From assembly GCA_002710015.1 (NCBI GenBank), contig PAOW01000029.1, forward strand, positions 39,009 through 102,543: a stretch of DNA of 63,535 nt, written 5' to 3'. The notes under the pieces are model-generated. The model saw only the letters and a program-made list of their open reading frames with translations. It was not told where the DNA came from and made no database searches. This DNA comes from Methanobacteriota archaeon (GTDB taxonomy: Archaea > Thermoplasmatota > Poseidoniia > Poseidoniales > Poseidoniaceae). Position numbers and translations under genes: made by a program. Below are positions 28,906 to 37,772 of this stretch, one piece after another. Position 1 is the stretch's first letter. Every line of letters begins with the position of its first letter.

Positions 28906-29478
28906 TCAAACAACTGTGTCTCCCCTATCAGTTCCCACATAACTTAGCGTCTCATAGGTAGTTCCTCCACCATCAGCGCTAACAATCATGGAATGTTCTT
29001 CATTCAAAACTGGAGGACATCCAGCTCCAGCAGCTCCAACATTCAGTTCTACCATGTAGGTTTCACCAGGATTGAACTGAGCTACAACTGTTGCACCATC
29101 TAATTCAGTAGCCGCAGAAAGATCACCATCTGCAACTGCTGGAGTTCCTGCGCCATCATCACAGATAACTGCCCAATGTACAGCGTCAGCTGCAAGTGGC
29201 TCGGAACCGGGTGCCAATTCAAACACCATGTTTATTTCTTCATTTCCAGCAGTTGGAGTATCTCCTACCCAGACAGTGATTATCGAAATCTTACCCGATA
29301 TCTCTTGCTGTGTGTCGCTACCCGACTGCTGTGCGTTCTGCTGCAGTTTTTCACCCGTCTGGATGATAACTGCGCTCGCAACTGCGGCAACCAAAATGAG
29401 CGCAATGAATACAATCATTGCACCAATTCCGATTGAACCCCAATCGTTTTCTTCTTCATTCATTCTTTTTTTCTGCAT
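28906..29478 (-). CDS. arlB: Archaellin (ArlB1)
   Basis: Class III signal ...ENDWG/SIGIGAMIVFIALILVAAVASAVII; LAPGSEP; GAGGTGA SD at 29485-29491. Confidence 0.95.
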   Translation of the reverse strand: MQKKRMNEEENDWGSIGIGAMIVFIALILVAAVASAVIIQTGEKLQQNAQQSGSDTQQEISGKISIITVWVGDTPTAGNEEINMVFELAPGSEPLAADAVHWAVICDDGAGTPAVADGDLSAATELDGATVVAQFNPGETYMVELNVGAAGAGCPPVLNEEHSMIVSADGGGTTYETLSYVGTDRGDTVV

Positions 29479-29544
29479 TGGTTTTCACCTCTTTTTTTCT
29501 CTACAATCCTCTCAAACGGCAAACCGCCGCAGAGTGGAATATCA

Positions 29545-30510
29545 TCAGGCGCCGAATTCACCTCCGTCGCCCATATCAATCGATAGCGGCATCACTATCG
29601 TTCCTGTTTCATCAGGGGATAATTTCTCCACAAGTGGGAGAACATCTGCCTTGTAACCCGGAGGCATCCAAGGTTCAAGTAGTAGGTCACGAATTGTTTC
29701 CATACTCCTATTTTGAACGCGAATTGTAACATTGACCTGCCCTGCTGATATCTCATAACCAGTTTGTATGGCAAGTTTTCTAGATAGAGGAATCTCATCA
29801 ATTGCGAAACGTAGACCTGGCTTAACTTCGAACCGCACTAGAATGACATCCCCTGGACGAATTATTGGTAGGTCAATTGATTCGGGAATACATTGCCATT
29901 CTTTTGGGACTGGTGGTGCTAATCTCATCTCAGGAATTGGGCGATTGCCGTCATTGCAAAGACGGACTATCAAAACGCCATTATCTCCGCCAGCTGGCCA
30001 TCTGGTGTCGACGCCCAGCCAGAATTTCCTAAACAGGAACGGGTTTAGGGCCACAGCTGAGTCTACTACTAAATCGCCAATTAACTGCTCAACCTCGTCA
30101 GCAGCATATCCTACCTCTCCAATTTCTGCTGCACCTGTTGCATTTCTGAGTCTTCTAAGAATTGTTTCGATTTCCGCCTCTGTCAGGGTTTTTTCCTTCA
30201 AAAGACGATTAAGCATAGCAATGTTTCTTCTCAATTCTACAACATCTGCCTCCACTGATGCCAGTGTCTTTTCTGCACGTCTGACTGACTTTCTGGCTCG
30301 GGCCAGTTTATGTTGTTCTAGACTGGTTCTTGCATCGTTGATATCATATTCAGTTGCAGCCAAAGAAGACTCATCACCAGATACACCATACACTATATGC
30401 TCCAGCTCTTTACTAGCTCTGATTAATCTGTCAGCACTTGTTTGTGAATCACGAATTACTCTTCGAGCGTCTTCTAGATCGTTAGCACCAACCTCATATT
30501 CTTCAGCCAT
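29545..30510 (-). CDS. Hypothetical cytoplasmic protein: N-terminal helical/coiled-coil region plus two Ig-like beta-sandwich repeats
   Basis: No signal peptide or TM; heptad-like ARKSVRRAEKTLASVEADVVELRRNIAMLN; repeats VRLCNDGNRPI..PPVPKEW..IRPGD and IRVQNRSMETI..MPPGY..LSPDE; GGAGGTGA SD. Confidence 0.8.
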   Translation of the reverse strand: MAEEYEVGANDLEDARRVIRDSQTSADRLIRASKELEHIVYGVSGDESSLAATEYDINDARTSLEQHKLARARKSVRRAEKTLASVEADVVELRRNIAMLNRLLKEKTLTEAEIETILRRLRNATGAAEIGEVGYAADEVEQLIGDLVVDSAVALNPFLFRKFWLGVDTRWPAGGDNGVLIVRLCNDGNRPIPEMRLAPPVPKEWQCIPESIDLPIIRPGDVILVRFEVKPGLRFAIDEIPLSRKLAIQTGYEISAGQVNVTIRVQNRSMETIRDLLLEPWMPPGYKADVLPLVEKLSPDETGTIVMPLSIDMGDGGEFGA

Positions 30511-33500
30511 CTTCTTTCACCTCCCCGTCTTCATCATCTTCGAACAAATCATCTAACTCTATTTCTAATGAGGGCGATTCAACAATTTCATCTTCTGTGA
30601 TTGACTCATCAGTATCCTCATCCTGTGTTAGCAAACTAATGTCCTCATCCCAGTTAGCAACTTCAGCAGTAGAAGATTCGCCATCAGCAGCAACGTTTGG
30701 CTTTGGAGTTGAGATTATTGAAGAAATATCAAGACCATCACTTGCTAATTCTGTTAGAAGACGTGCAGGATCTCCGAGGTCTCTCTCTATTCGGCTAGCC
30801 TGCACTTCAACTTCAGTCAAGCGACCATATAGCGAGCCATACATCCTGTTCGCATTCCAAATCAAGAATACAACACCAACTATCACAACGGCCAAATACC
30901 CGACAAGAGACATAGCGTTCGCTGAATTTCCAGCCATCTGCGGAGGGAAACCAAGGATAACACCAATCATGCCAAGAATTGGCATTGACAGTATTATTGC
31001 CAGCTGCCTCTTTGCGTTTGACAGCACATCAAAGTGATCGCTGTAGAGAGTACTAATTCCCTTTCTTGCTCTCTGGTAGTCCTCATGAATCAACTGGAAT
31101 TCATCTGTTGATTTCCAAGTCATTATCCAAACCCAAACTGCCGCTATGAGAAGGACAACTATTCCTGCGTAGTTGTTGTTAGTCAACTGCATTAGATGGA
31201 ATGCAAAACCTAGTGCCAAAACACCAGAATATACTGCTGCAAGTCGGAATTTATCATTTTGACCCACTAGTCTGATTAAACCAATTGACGTGATGAGTAG
31301 AGCCAAAAATGCAACGAATGACACTCCTATTCCCGGAGACCATGATTCTACTTTTTCGTCTATCTTTTTAGATGTGGAGTTCAGTTCGTCTCCGTTAATG
31401 TATTCTCCACTTACCTTTAGTTCGCATGACACTTCTCGTGATTGTGACCACCAATCTAGGTTTTCATTTTCAACATTCCAAGTGTAAGATTTGCTACTTC
31501 GGGGAGCAATGAACAGTTCTTGTTGTGAAGCATCTTCAATATCAATGCCATCACAAATCAACTCACTTTTAACATCGAATGCAATTGCTGTTCCAACGTT
31601 TGATACAGTTGCAGATATTGTTTGAGATTTGCCTTCGATAAGAGAGTTGTCTTCAAATCCAAAGTTTTCGATTTCCAATTTGGGGTCTGTGTCAAAGTAG
31701 AATGAAAAGGTAGCATTTGAGAATTCTGTAAACCCATTATGCTCATCAGGATGATATAACCTAAATGTCAAGTCATAACCATCATTCGTGACTATATTTG
31801 GGGAGCGGGGTTCATCTATGACAATCTCTAATTCGTTTGTTGCCCAAGCCTCAACCTCTGGAAGAGAGATTACAGAGTGAGATACTCCACCGCAATTATT
31901 ATCCAAATTTAAAACCTCATCTGTGCCATTAATTCGAATAGCAAAGTCCCAATCATAATCTTCATCTGTATCGTAATTAGTTGAATTAATGCGTCTTTCT
32001 GCCCCACACAACTCTATCATGTAAGATACTGAATTTCCTATGCCTTGCGGAGTGTGTGACCACTCGATGAATTCAATTTGTTTATCATCGTCTAGGCTTT
32101 GAACCTCCAATTTGTATTCCTTGTGACTGTATAGCCTAGACATTTTGAGAACGGTTTTTGCAGTCGCAGTTCCTTCAACAGTTGGGTCTTTCGGATCCAT
32201 TGTTAGTATAAAATCAGCTAATAGGTGAATATCAGGATTAAAATCATCTAATTCAATCTTGAATTCTAACGTTGTCGGCACTTGAACTGGCAAAGAGATG
32301 TTGTTATCATATCCAGAAACAAGGTCCCAAGCCAATGAATTCGTTTGCAAACCTGGTTTGAAAATGTCATAAGTTAAATCCACAACCACATCCTTATTTC
32401 CTACATTGGTGATTTCTACTTTCCATGTTCTATCTTGTCCTCTGTAATACTCCATCTCATCTGGCCAGTTTTTGAATTCTACTTTGAATACAGGAGATAT
32501 TTGTAAAGTGAAGGTTCTAGCAACTAAGAAATCCCCATTGTTTGTGCTGTAGAGGGAGATAGTTACGTTGTGGGTATCTCCATCAGCCAGCCTATACTCT
32601 CCACCTAAGGACGGTATTGAAATCGTCAGGTCATTTCCTTGTGAGCCATTGATTGGCAAAACCATTTGATACATCTCCCAACTTGTGTCCCAACCACCCT
32701 CTACAACCGCTGTAACATTGAGGAATTCGATGAGATTGCCATTATTGGTAAACTCTACCTCTATTGTTTCGTTTTGACCAGGAGTAACTTCGTGAAGATT
32801 ATCCACATCGATTTGTAAATCTGTGTCAGCAGAAATATTAGCTACAATTGAAGCGGATTTATTGATTCCGTTAGCCGATTCCACATACAAAGTAGCCATG
32901 TGTAACTCATCAGCACTAGCTTCTGTATCTGGATTTAGACGAATTCTAACAGAGTCACTGTATCCTGGCGCTACAATTACGTTTGTTGGAGATTCTAGTG
33001 AAAAGTCGACATCTCCCCTGTTCGAATCGTCTAACCAAACTGAGAATGTTGTTGCAACATTCCCGGTATTATTGATGTAGACTCTAGTTAACGGAGATTC
33101 GTAAGGCGATAGATCAATAGTGTGATTTGTGGGATATAGCTCGAAGTTTATTGATTCCTCTACCCTAATTAACAATGTGTTCATCGAGAGAACTTCTCCC
33201 GTATCCCTGTCCTCGACTCTTATGTTGATTGGTTGAAGAGTGTCCGCAGGAGCTTGGGGGTCGGTAGTAACACTCAGCGTGATGTTTGAGATGTGATTAC
33301 TTCCAGGAAAGGGATGATCTGACATTGAGGGAGTGAGATTTGAAATGATTGAAGGATTGTTAGTAGTAGATGTATCTAATGTAGCAGTCCAAAGATCAGG
33401 CAAATCATCTTCTATAACCAGTCTGTAACTAGTTATGTCATTACCCGTATTTGCAAACTTAATTGGGATATCGGTTAGATTACCAACATCGGCCTCCAAT

Positions 33501-35476
33501 GGACCCAGTGTGATAATCTCACCATCTTTTATGCTAGGAATGATTATGCTGACGTTTCTTGTAACACTACTAGCAAGAACTCCACTTGATTGCTGGCCTG
33601 CTGTCAGTTGTGGAGTTGCTGTCACAGGAAGTATCAGTTCTCCTGCTAGTGGCATCTCATCTCCCGGGCCATCGATAGCTAGCCAAGATTGGAATATCTC
33701 ACCGACCTCTAATCCTGATACGCTGTTTGGTGTTACTATCGAAGTCCATCTAACTGCCTCGTTATTACTACCTGGGCTTAGTGGAGTGAAACTGGGAGAA
33801 GAGACGGAGATGTTTGCATCTACACCACCTGTAACTGCACCTCCCAGATTGTGCCTGACTTGAACAGATAAGGATAAAATTTCATCGATTCCACCTGAAC
33901 CATTAGCCTCAATTATCTCTTGAGGTGTTAATATTATCTGGTCCGTCTCTGGACTTGGATCTACTGCTATTACTGCTCTGACTACCAATTGTGTAGAGTT
34001 AAGCGCTGGTATACCACCTTCTACTGGGGTTGCGGAAACCCAGCTGTAAATGCTATCTCCTGCTGCATTTCTCTCACCCGTGTCAAGTGGAGACGATATT
34101 GGTGCAGGCGTAACTTGAACGAATACAGTAATGTTTGAGCCGACCGATATGACATCTGTAACGGGTGTTGTTAATATGACATCCCAATTATCTGCCGAAG
34201 AAGATAACCCTGCATCTAAATTAAACGCTGCGGGAACATTTCCCGTGTTTACGATAGTAAATTCTAGGGATTCAGTTTGAGCAGGCGTAACGGTCACTGG
34301 ACCAACTGGGGCAATGACAGTAGCTTGATACTGGTCTCCAACCATAACGTGTGCTACACTGCGAGCGGTGTATGGAGTAGAGGACCCGCTTGTCAAGTTG
34401 AGGTATATATTCTCAAGAGTAGGTTTTACCGCAGAAGCGGGTACTGTAACCAACACTGCGATTGATGTGGATGCACCAGCTTGAAGATTTATGACCGAAC
34501 CATCCTGACTATTGTCATGCCATCCCAAATCTGACCCTAACTGAACTGTTAGATTATCTTCGCTACCAAGGTTGGATATTATCCAAGTCAAAGTCGTTGT
34601 TGCTCCAGGCTCAATCGCCCTGTCTCCTGGAGTGGATACATCAATGATATAGTCGGAAAATGTGATTGTTTCAACCGAACTAATCACAGTATTAGTCCAC
34701 ACTGTCCCATTGAAAATGACTCTAGCCACCATCGTCCATGTGCCCAACAATGGATTTGCATCAAATGATGCAGATAAGGTTCCACCAGCCGAGGGATAGA
34801 GAAGACTACCCGGGTCTAGTATTAGCGTGTTCGACCAAAATGAGACCTTATTACTTGGATTCGATTGTTCCGTGAAATTCAATTCCATTACCGCTGATAA
34901 GTCCATTACACCATCATTTCTAACAGTCGCATCAAATGTGTGAATTGAATGGTTGAGGCGAACATCTGGAAATCCTCCGGTTGGGCCAGGAATATTATCG
35001 CCTAAGACTGTACCAAGGTGGAACAATGTTACGTCAAAGGAAATTGAGTTCTCGTTATTGTTAGTGTTGGTATCTGCTGATGAAGCTACTCTGGCGAAGA
35101 GTGTTTGGTCATCTCCTGAAAGTGCAGTCCAGTTGATTAGTATTGGATTGGAGGAAGTTGCTGCTGGAATATTTCCTAAACTGATTGAGGTTACTACCGA
35201 CTCAGCGGAAGAAGGAGATGCACGATGGACTAAGTTTAGAGTCGCATCTCCATCTCCTTGTCCTGAGTTTGTAACTACAATTCTTACTATATGGTCTCCA
35301 GGAGCAAGCTTTGTTTCACCGGAGTATTCGACAGAACCACCTGATGACAGTGTCATTACAGATACTGAAAAATCGGGTGTTGATCGTCCGCTAGTTGCAT
35401 CAACAGTTAGTGCAGGCATTGCTATCTGCAAAAGAAAAACTGCAAGGATAACAGTTGCAATGTTGCGACTAGACAT
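30503..35476 (-). CDS. Giant surface membrane protein: signal peptide, tandem CARDB/NEW3-like Ig domains, about 5 C-terminal TMs, cytoplasmic coiled coil and acidic tail
   Basis: 1657 aa; repeated NxGN motifs (VNTGN, ANTGN, NNTGN, TNNGN, TNVGN); five hydrophobic segments after ESWSPG; YGRLTEVEVQASRIERDLGDPARLL; D/E-rich end. Confidence 0.85.
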   Translation of the reverse strand: MSSRNIATVILAVFLLQIAMPALTVDATSGRSTPDFSVSVMTLSSGGSVEYSGETKLAPGDHIVRIVVTNSGQGDGDATLNLVHRASPSSAESVVTSISLGNIPAATSSNPILINWTALSGDDQTLFARVASSADTNTNNNENSISFDVTLFHLGTVLGDNIPGPTGGFPDVRLNHSIHTFDATVRNDGVMDLSAVMELNFTEQSNPSNKVSFWSNTLILDPGSLLYPSAGGTLSASFDANPLLGTWTMVARVIFNGTVWTNTVISSVETITFSDYIIDVSTPGDRAIEPGATTTLTWIISNLGSEDNLTVQLGSDLGWHDNSQDGSVINLQAGASTSIAVLVTVPASAVKPTLENIYLNLTSGSSTPYTARSVAHVMVGDQYQATVIAPVGPVTVTPAQTESLEFTIVNTGNVPAAFNLDAGLSSSADNWDVILTTPVTDVISVGSNITVFVQVTPAPISSPLDTGERNAAGDSIYSWVSATPVEGGIPALNSTQLVVRAVIAVDPSPETDQIILTPQEIIEANGSGGIDEILSLSVQVRHNLGGAVTGGVDANISVSSPSFTPLSPGSNNEAVRWTSIVTPNSVSGLEVGEIFQSWLAIDGPGDEMPLAGELILPVTATPQLTAGQQSSGVLASSVTRNVSIIIPSIKDGEIITLGPLEADVGNLTDIPIKFANTGNDITSYRLVIEDDLPDLWTATLDTSTTNNPSIISNLTPSMSDHPFPGSNHISNITLSVTTDPQAPADTLQPINIRVEDRDTGEVLSMNTLLIRVEESINFELYPTNHTIDLSPYESPLTRVYINNTGNVATTFSVWLDDSNRGDVDFSLESPTNVIVAPGYSDSVRIRLNPDTEASADELHMATLYVESANGINKSASIVANISADTDLQIDVDNLHEVTPGQNETIEVEFTNNGNLIEFLNVTAVVEGGWDTSWEMYQMVLPINGSQGNDLTISIPSLGGEYRLADGDTHNVTISLYSTNNGDFLVARTFTLQISPVFKVEFKNWPDEMEYYRGQDRTWKVEITNVGNKDVVVDLTYDIFKPGLQTNSLAWDLVSGYDNNISLPVQVPTTLEFKIELDDFNPDIHLLADFILTMDPKDPTVEGTATAKTVLKMSRLYSHKEYKLEVQSLDDDKQIEFIEWSHTPQGIGNSVSYMIELCGAERRINSTNYDTDEDYDWDFAIRINGTDEVLNLDNNCGGVSHSVISLPEVEAWATNELEIVIDEPRSPNIVTNDGYDLTFRLYHPDEHNGFTEFSNATFSFYFDTDPKLEIENFGFEDNSLIEGKSQTISATVSNVGTAIAFDVKSELICDGIDIEDASQQELFIAPRSSKSYTWNVENENLDWWSQSREVSCELKVSGEYINGDELNSTSKKIDEKVESWSPGIGVSFVAFLALLITSIGLIRLVGQNDKFRLAAVYSGVLALGFAFHLMQLTNNNYAGIVVLLIAAVWVWIMTWKSTDEFQLIHEDYQRARKGISTLYSDHFDVLSNAKRQLAIILSMPILGMIGVILGFPPQMAGNSANAMSLVGYLAVVIVGVVFLIWNANRMYGSLYGRLTEVEVQASRIERDLGDPARLLTELASDGLDISSIISTPKPNVAADGESSTAEVANWDEDISLLTQDEDTDESITEDEIVESPSLEIELDDLFEDDEDGEVKEDG

Positions 35477-35894
35477 CCGCCATTCCCCTCCTGAATGCGT
35501 GGATTTGTACAGATTTACCTTGCCTAGTCCATGCTGCTAGGAGTTGTTCCATCAACCTGTTGTGTACATGATCGTCTATTCCCAGCCTCCTTCTCTCCTC
35601 CCAAAGCAGAAGTTGCTCCGCCTGTGTTAGAACGCCGTCTTTGAGATACAATTCAAGTGTTCTGCGATAGGAATCTCGGTCCGATACAGCGTAAACAATC
35701 TCGTCACCGGGAAGCATGTCTGCTCTATCTTGCAATATATTTCCAAGGTTCAGTGCTTCCTCGTAAGATAAGATTCTTCTATCGAGGTCGCTTTGTATGT
35801 TTGAAGCAATTTCCTGCAAGGAATATTTTGTGGAAGCCTTGTGTATGTGCCGCATGAACTTACGGCATCTGCGAGACATGCGGCTGGCTGCCAT
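35469..35894 (-). CDS. Small cytoplasmic protein with a TerB-like helical motif
   Basis: YRRTLELYLKDGVLTQAEQLLLWEERRRLGIDDHVH; stop overlaps the next start by 8 nt; start at MAASRMS (35894) is uncertain. Confidence 0.7.
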   Translation of the reverse strand: MAASRMSRRCRKFMRHIHKASTKYSLQEIASNIQSDLDRRILSYEEALNLGNILQDRADMLPGDEIVYAVSDRDSYRRTLELYLKDGVLTQAEQLLLWEERRRLGIDDHVHNRLMEQLLAAWTRQGKSVQIHAFRRGMADV

Positions 35895-36060
35895 AGAAAA
35901 TCTATGAACCGGGCGGATTATAATACAATCGCCCGATATGTCAATTTTAATGCGCTGTGCAAGCAAATAGATGCAAAACGCATAAACACAGTGTAGTGAG
36001 CCTTTTTTACCGAATTACCTCAAAACAAACCTTGATTTGGGAGGCCGAATAGGAGCTGCC

Positions 36061-36546
36061 ATGACAGATACTGTAACTTTAGCAGCTGGTGACAAATCAC
36101 CATCGTTCGACGCACTCGATTCAAAAGGAAACAAACACAATCTCAGTGAAATTCTTTCATCTGGAAGCAAGGTAATTCTCTATTTTTACCCGAGAGATTC
36201 CACACCCGGGTGCACCACGCAGGCTTGCGACTTCAGCGAAAACCTTAGCAAGCTCGAAGGGTATGGATACAAGGTATTCGGTGTATCGAAAGATTCAGCT
36301 AAGAGTCATGAGAAATTCATCGATAAACAGAGCCTTGGCTTCCCTCTATTAATGGATGAGGACGGTTCCCTACATGCCACGTTCGGAGCATGGAGGAAGA
36401 AGATGAATTACGGTAGGGAATACATGGGTTGTGCAAGATCTACCTTCGTCATAGGAGAAGATGGTAATCTGATATTTGCGAGATACAACGTTAAGGCCAA
36501 AGGCCACGTATCCATGCTTACACGAGAGTTGGGCCTGGATGAATAG
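36061..36546 (+). CDS. bcp: Peroxiredoxin BCP/PrxQ
   Basis: YFYPRDSTPGCTTQAC, GVSKD, RSTFVI; AGGAG SD. Confidence 0.95.
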   Translation: MTDTVTLAAGDKSPSFDALDSKGNKHNLSEILSSGSKVILYFYPRDSTPGCTTQACDFSENLSKLEGYGYKVFGVSKDSAKSHEKFIDKQSLGFPLLMDEDGSLHATFGAWRKKMNYGREYMGCARSTFVIGEDGNLIFARYNVKAKGHVSMLTRELGLDE

Positions 36547-37006
36547 TGATGGAAACCAAATGGTCCGTTTAGCCAATGGTGCCACTGCATGGCAACCGTG
36601 TATGGTAGGTAGTGACCAAATAGGGAGTAGTTCGAACATCGGAGCACTCTCGCACATAGGGAAAAATGTAGTAATTGGAGAAAATTGTAGAATTCAAGGG
36701 TCAGTGTATATCGCCGATGGTTGCAAAATCGGAAATGATGTATTCATTGGACCAAATGCAACATTAACCAATGACAAATACCCTCCTTCAAAGGGAAAGT
36801 GGTCACCCGTGATTGTTGGAGACGGTGTAATTATCGGCGCAAACTCTACCATCGTAGCCAATGTAACATTGTACGAATCATGCGTAGTTGGTGCTGGATC
36901 TGTGGTAACCTCAGATATACCAAGCAGAGAGGTGTGGGCGGGTAACCCTGCAAAATTCTTGATGTCGAGAGACGAATACGAGAAAAGGAGGCTTGAGAAT
37001 GAGTAA
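36539..37006 (+). CDS. Left-handed beta-helix N-acetyltransferase (WbpD-like)
   Basis: Hexapeptide repeats, FIGPNATLTNDKYP, VGAGSVVT, AGNPA. Confidence 0.9.
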   Translation: MNSDGNQMVRLANGATAWQPCMVGSDQIGSSSNIGALSHIGKNVVIGENCRIQGSVYIADGCKIGNDVFIGPNATLTNDKYPPSKGKWSPVIVGDGVIIGANSTIVANVTLYESCVVGAGSVVTSDIPSREVWAGNPAKFLMSRDEYEKRRLENE

Positions 37007-37772
37007 AACTGGAGTTATTGAATTCCTTCAAAATTGTCTTGAATATGCCGATGCGTCAATACTTCGCAAAGAGAAACGAGGTGATAATGAAGAAATTATT
37101 TCTGAATGGAAAGCATACAGAAATTATACTCAGTACGCTCTTGAGGAAGTTGAAAAGGGAGATTTAGACCATTGGTTTACAAGAGCTTTTTCCAAGGCTG
37201 ATATGGAAATTGACATGGATAATCTAGACCACTCTACCCGTAGTAAATGGCTTGCTGCAACTGTGTCACCTAGACCACTAGCACTTGTTTCAACTAGAGA
37301 TGGAGAAAGAGAAAATGTCGCTCCAATGACCAGCCTATCGGTAGTATCTAACTCTCCACCCCTTATTGTAATGTCATTGTCTCAAAATCGTGATGCTAAA
37401 AAGAGAGATACATATCTAAATCTGGTAAAAAATGGTGAGTGTGAATTACAATTCCTATGTCCTACAAAAGATGCGGCAATGGATGTTGATCTTGCCAGCA
37501 CTCCGACCGAGGCAAGCGAGTGGGATTTGCTAAGTTGTGATGGACCAATTCACCCACTTGCAACTGTAATCATGAAGTGTAAATTGGTTGAAGACTATCC
37601 TCTACCCGAGGGTGCTGTTGCTCGACTGGTAGTTCTCAAAGTTATGAAAATGATCGTTCCATCAGAAATCCCGCCGAGGGAGGGTCTGTCTCTTCTATGC
37701 CAACACGGTGTTGATAGATTGACTCCTAGCCCCGAAGATTGGGGTCATGTAGCTACACATTACAGAAGCTGA
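36999..37772 (+). CDS. Flavin reductase-like (FMN split-barrel) protein with an extra N-terminal helical domain
   Basis: VSPRPLALVST, NVAP, SNSPP, KRDTYLN. Confidence 0.75.
   Translation: MSKTGVIEFLQNCLEYADASILRKEKRGDNEEIISEWKAYRNYTQYALEEVEKGDLDHWFTRAFSKADMEIDMDNLDHSTRSKWLAATVSPRPLALVSTRDGERENVAPMTSLSVVSNSPPLIVMSLSQNRDAKKRDTYLNLVKNGECELQFLCPTKDAAMDVDLASTPTEASEWDLLSCDGPIHPLATVIMKCKLVEDYPLPEGAVARLVVLKVMKMIVPSEIPPREGLSLLCQHGVDRLTPSPEDWGHVATHYRS

Noticed and set aside
29460..29500. Poly-T runs at the arlB1 start as a slippage switch
   Set aside because: Runs are only about 7-8 nt; one encodes Lys codons and the other is in the leader, and the frame is intact
29768..30556. 262-aa plus-strand ORF
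   Set aside because: Antisense to well-formed genes with SD sites; Ser-rich shadow composition
34953..35540. 195-aa plus-strand ORF and similar antisense ORFs inside the large genes
   Set aside because: Codon-mirror shadows with no motifs or independent start signals
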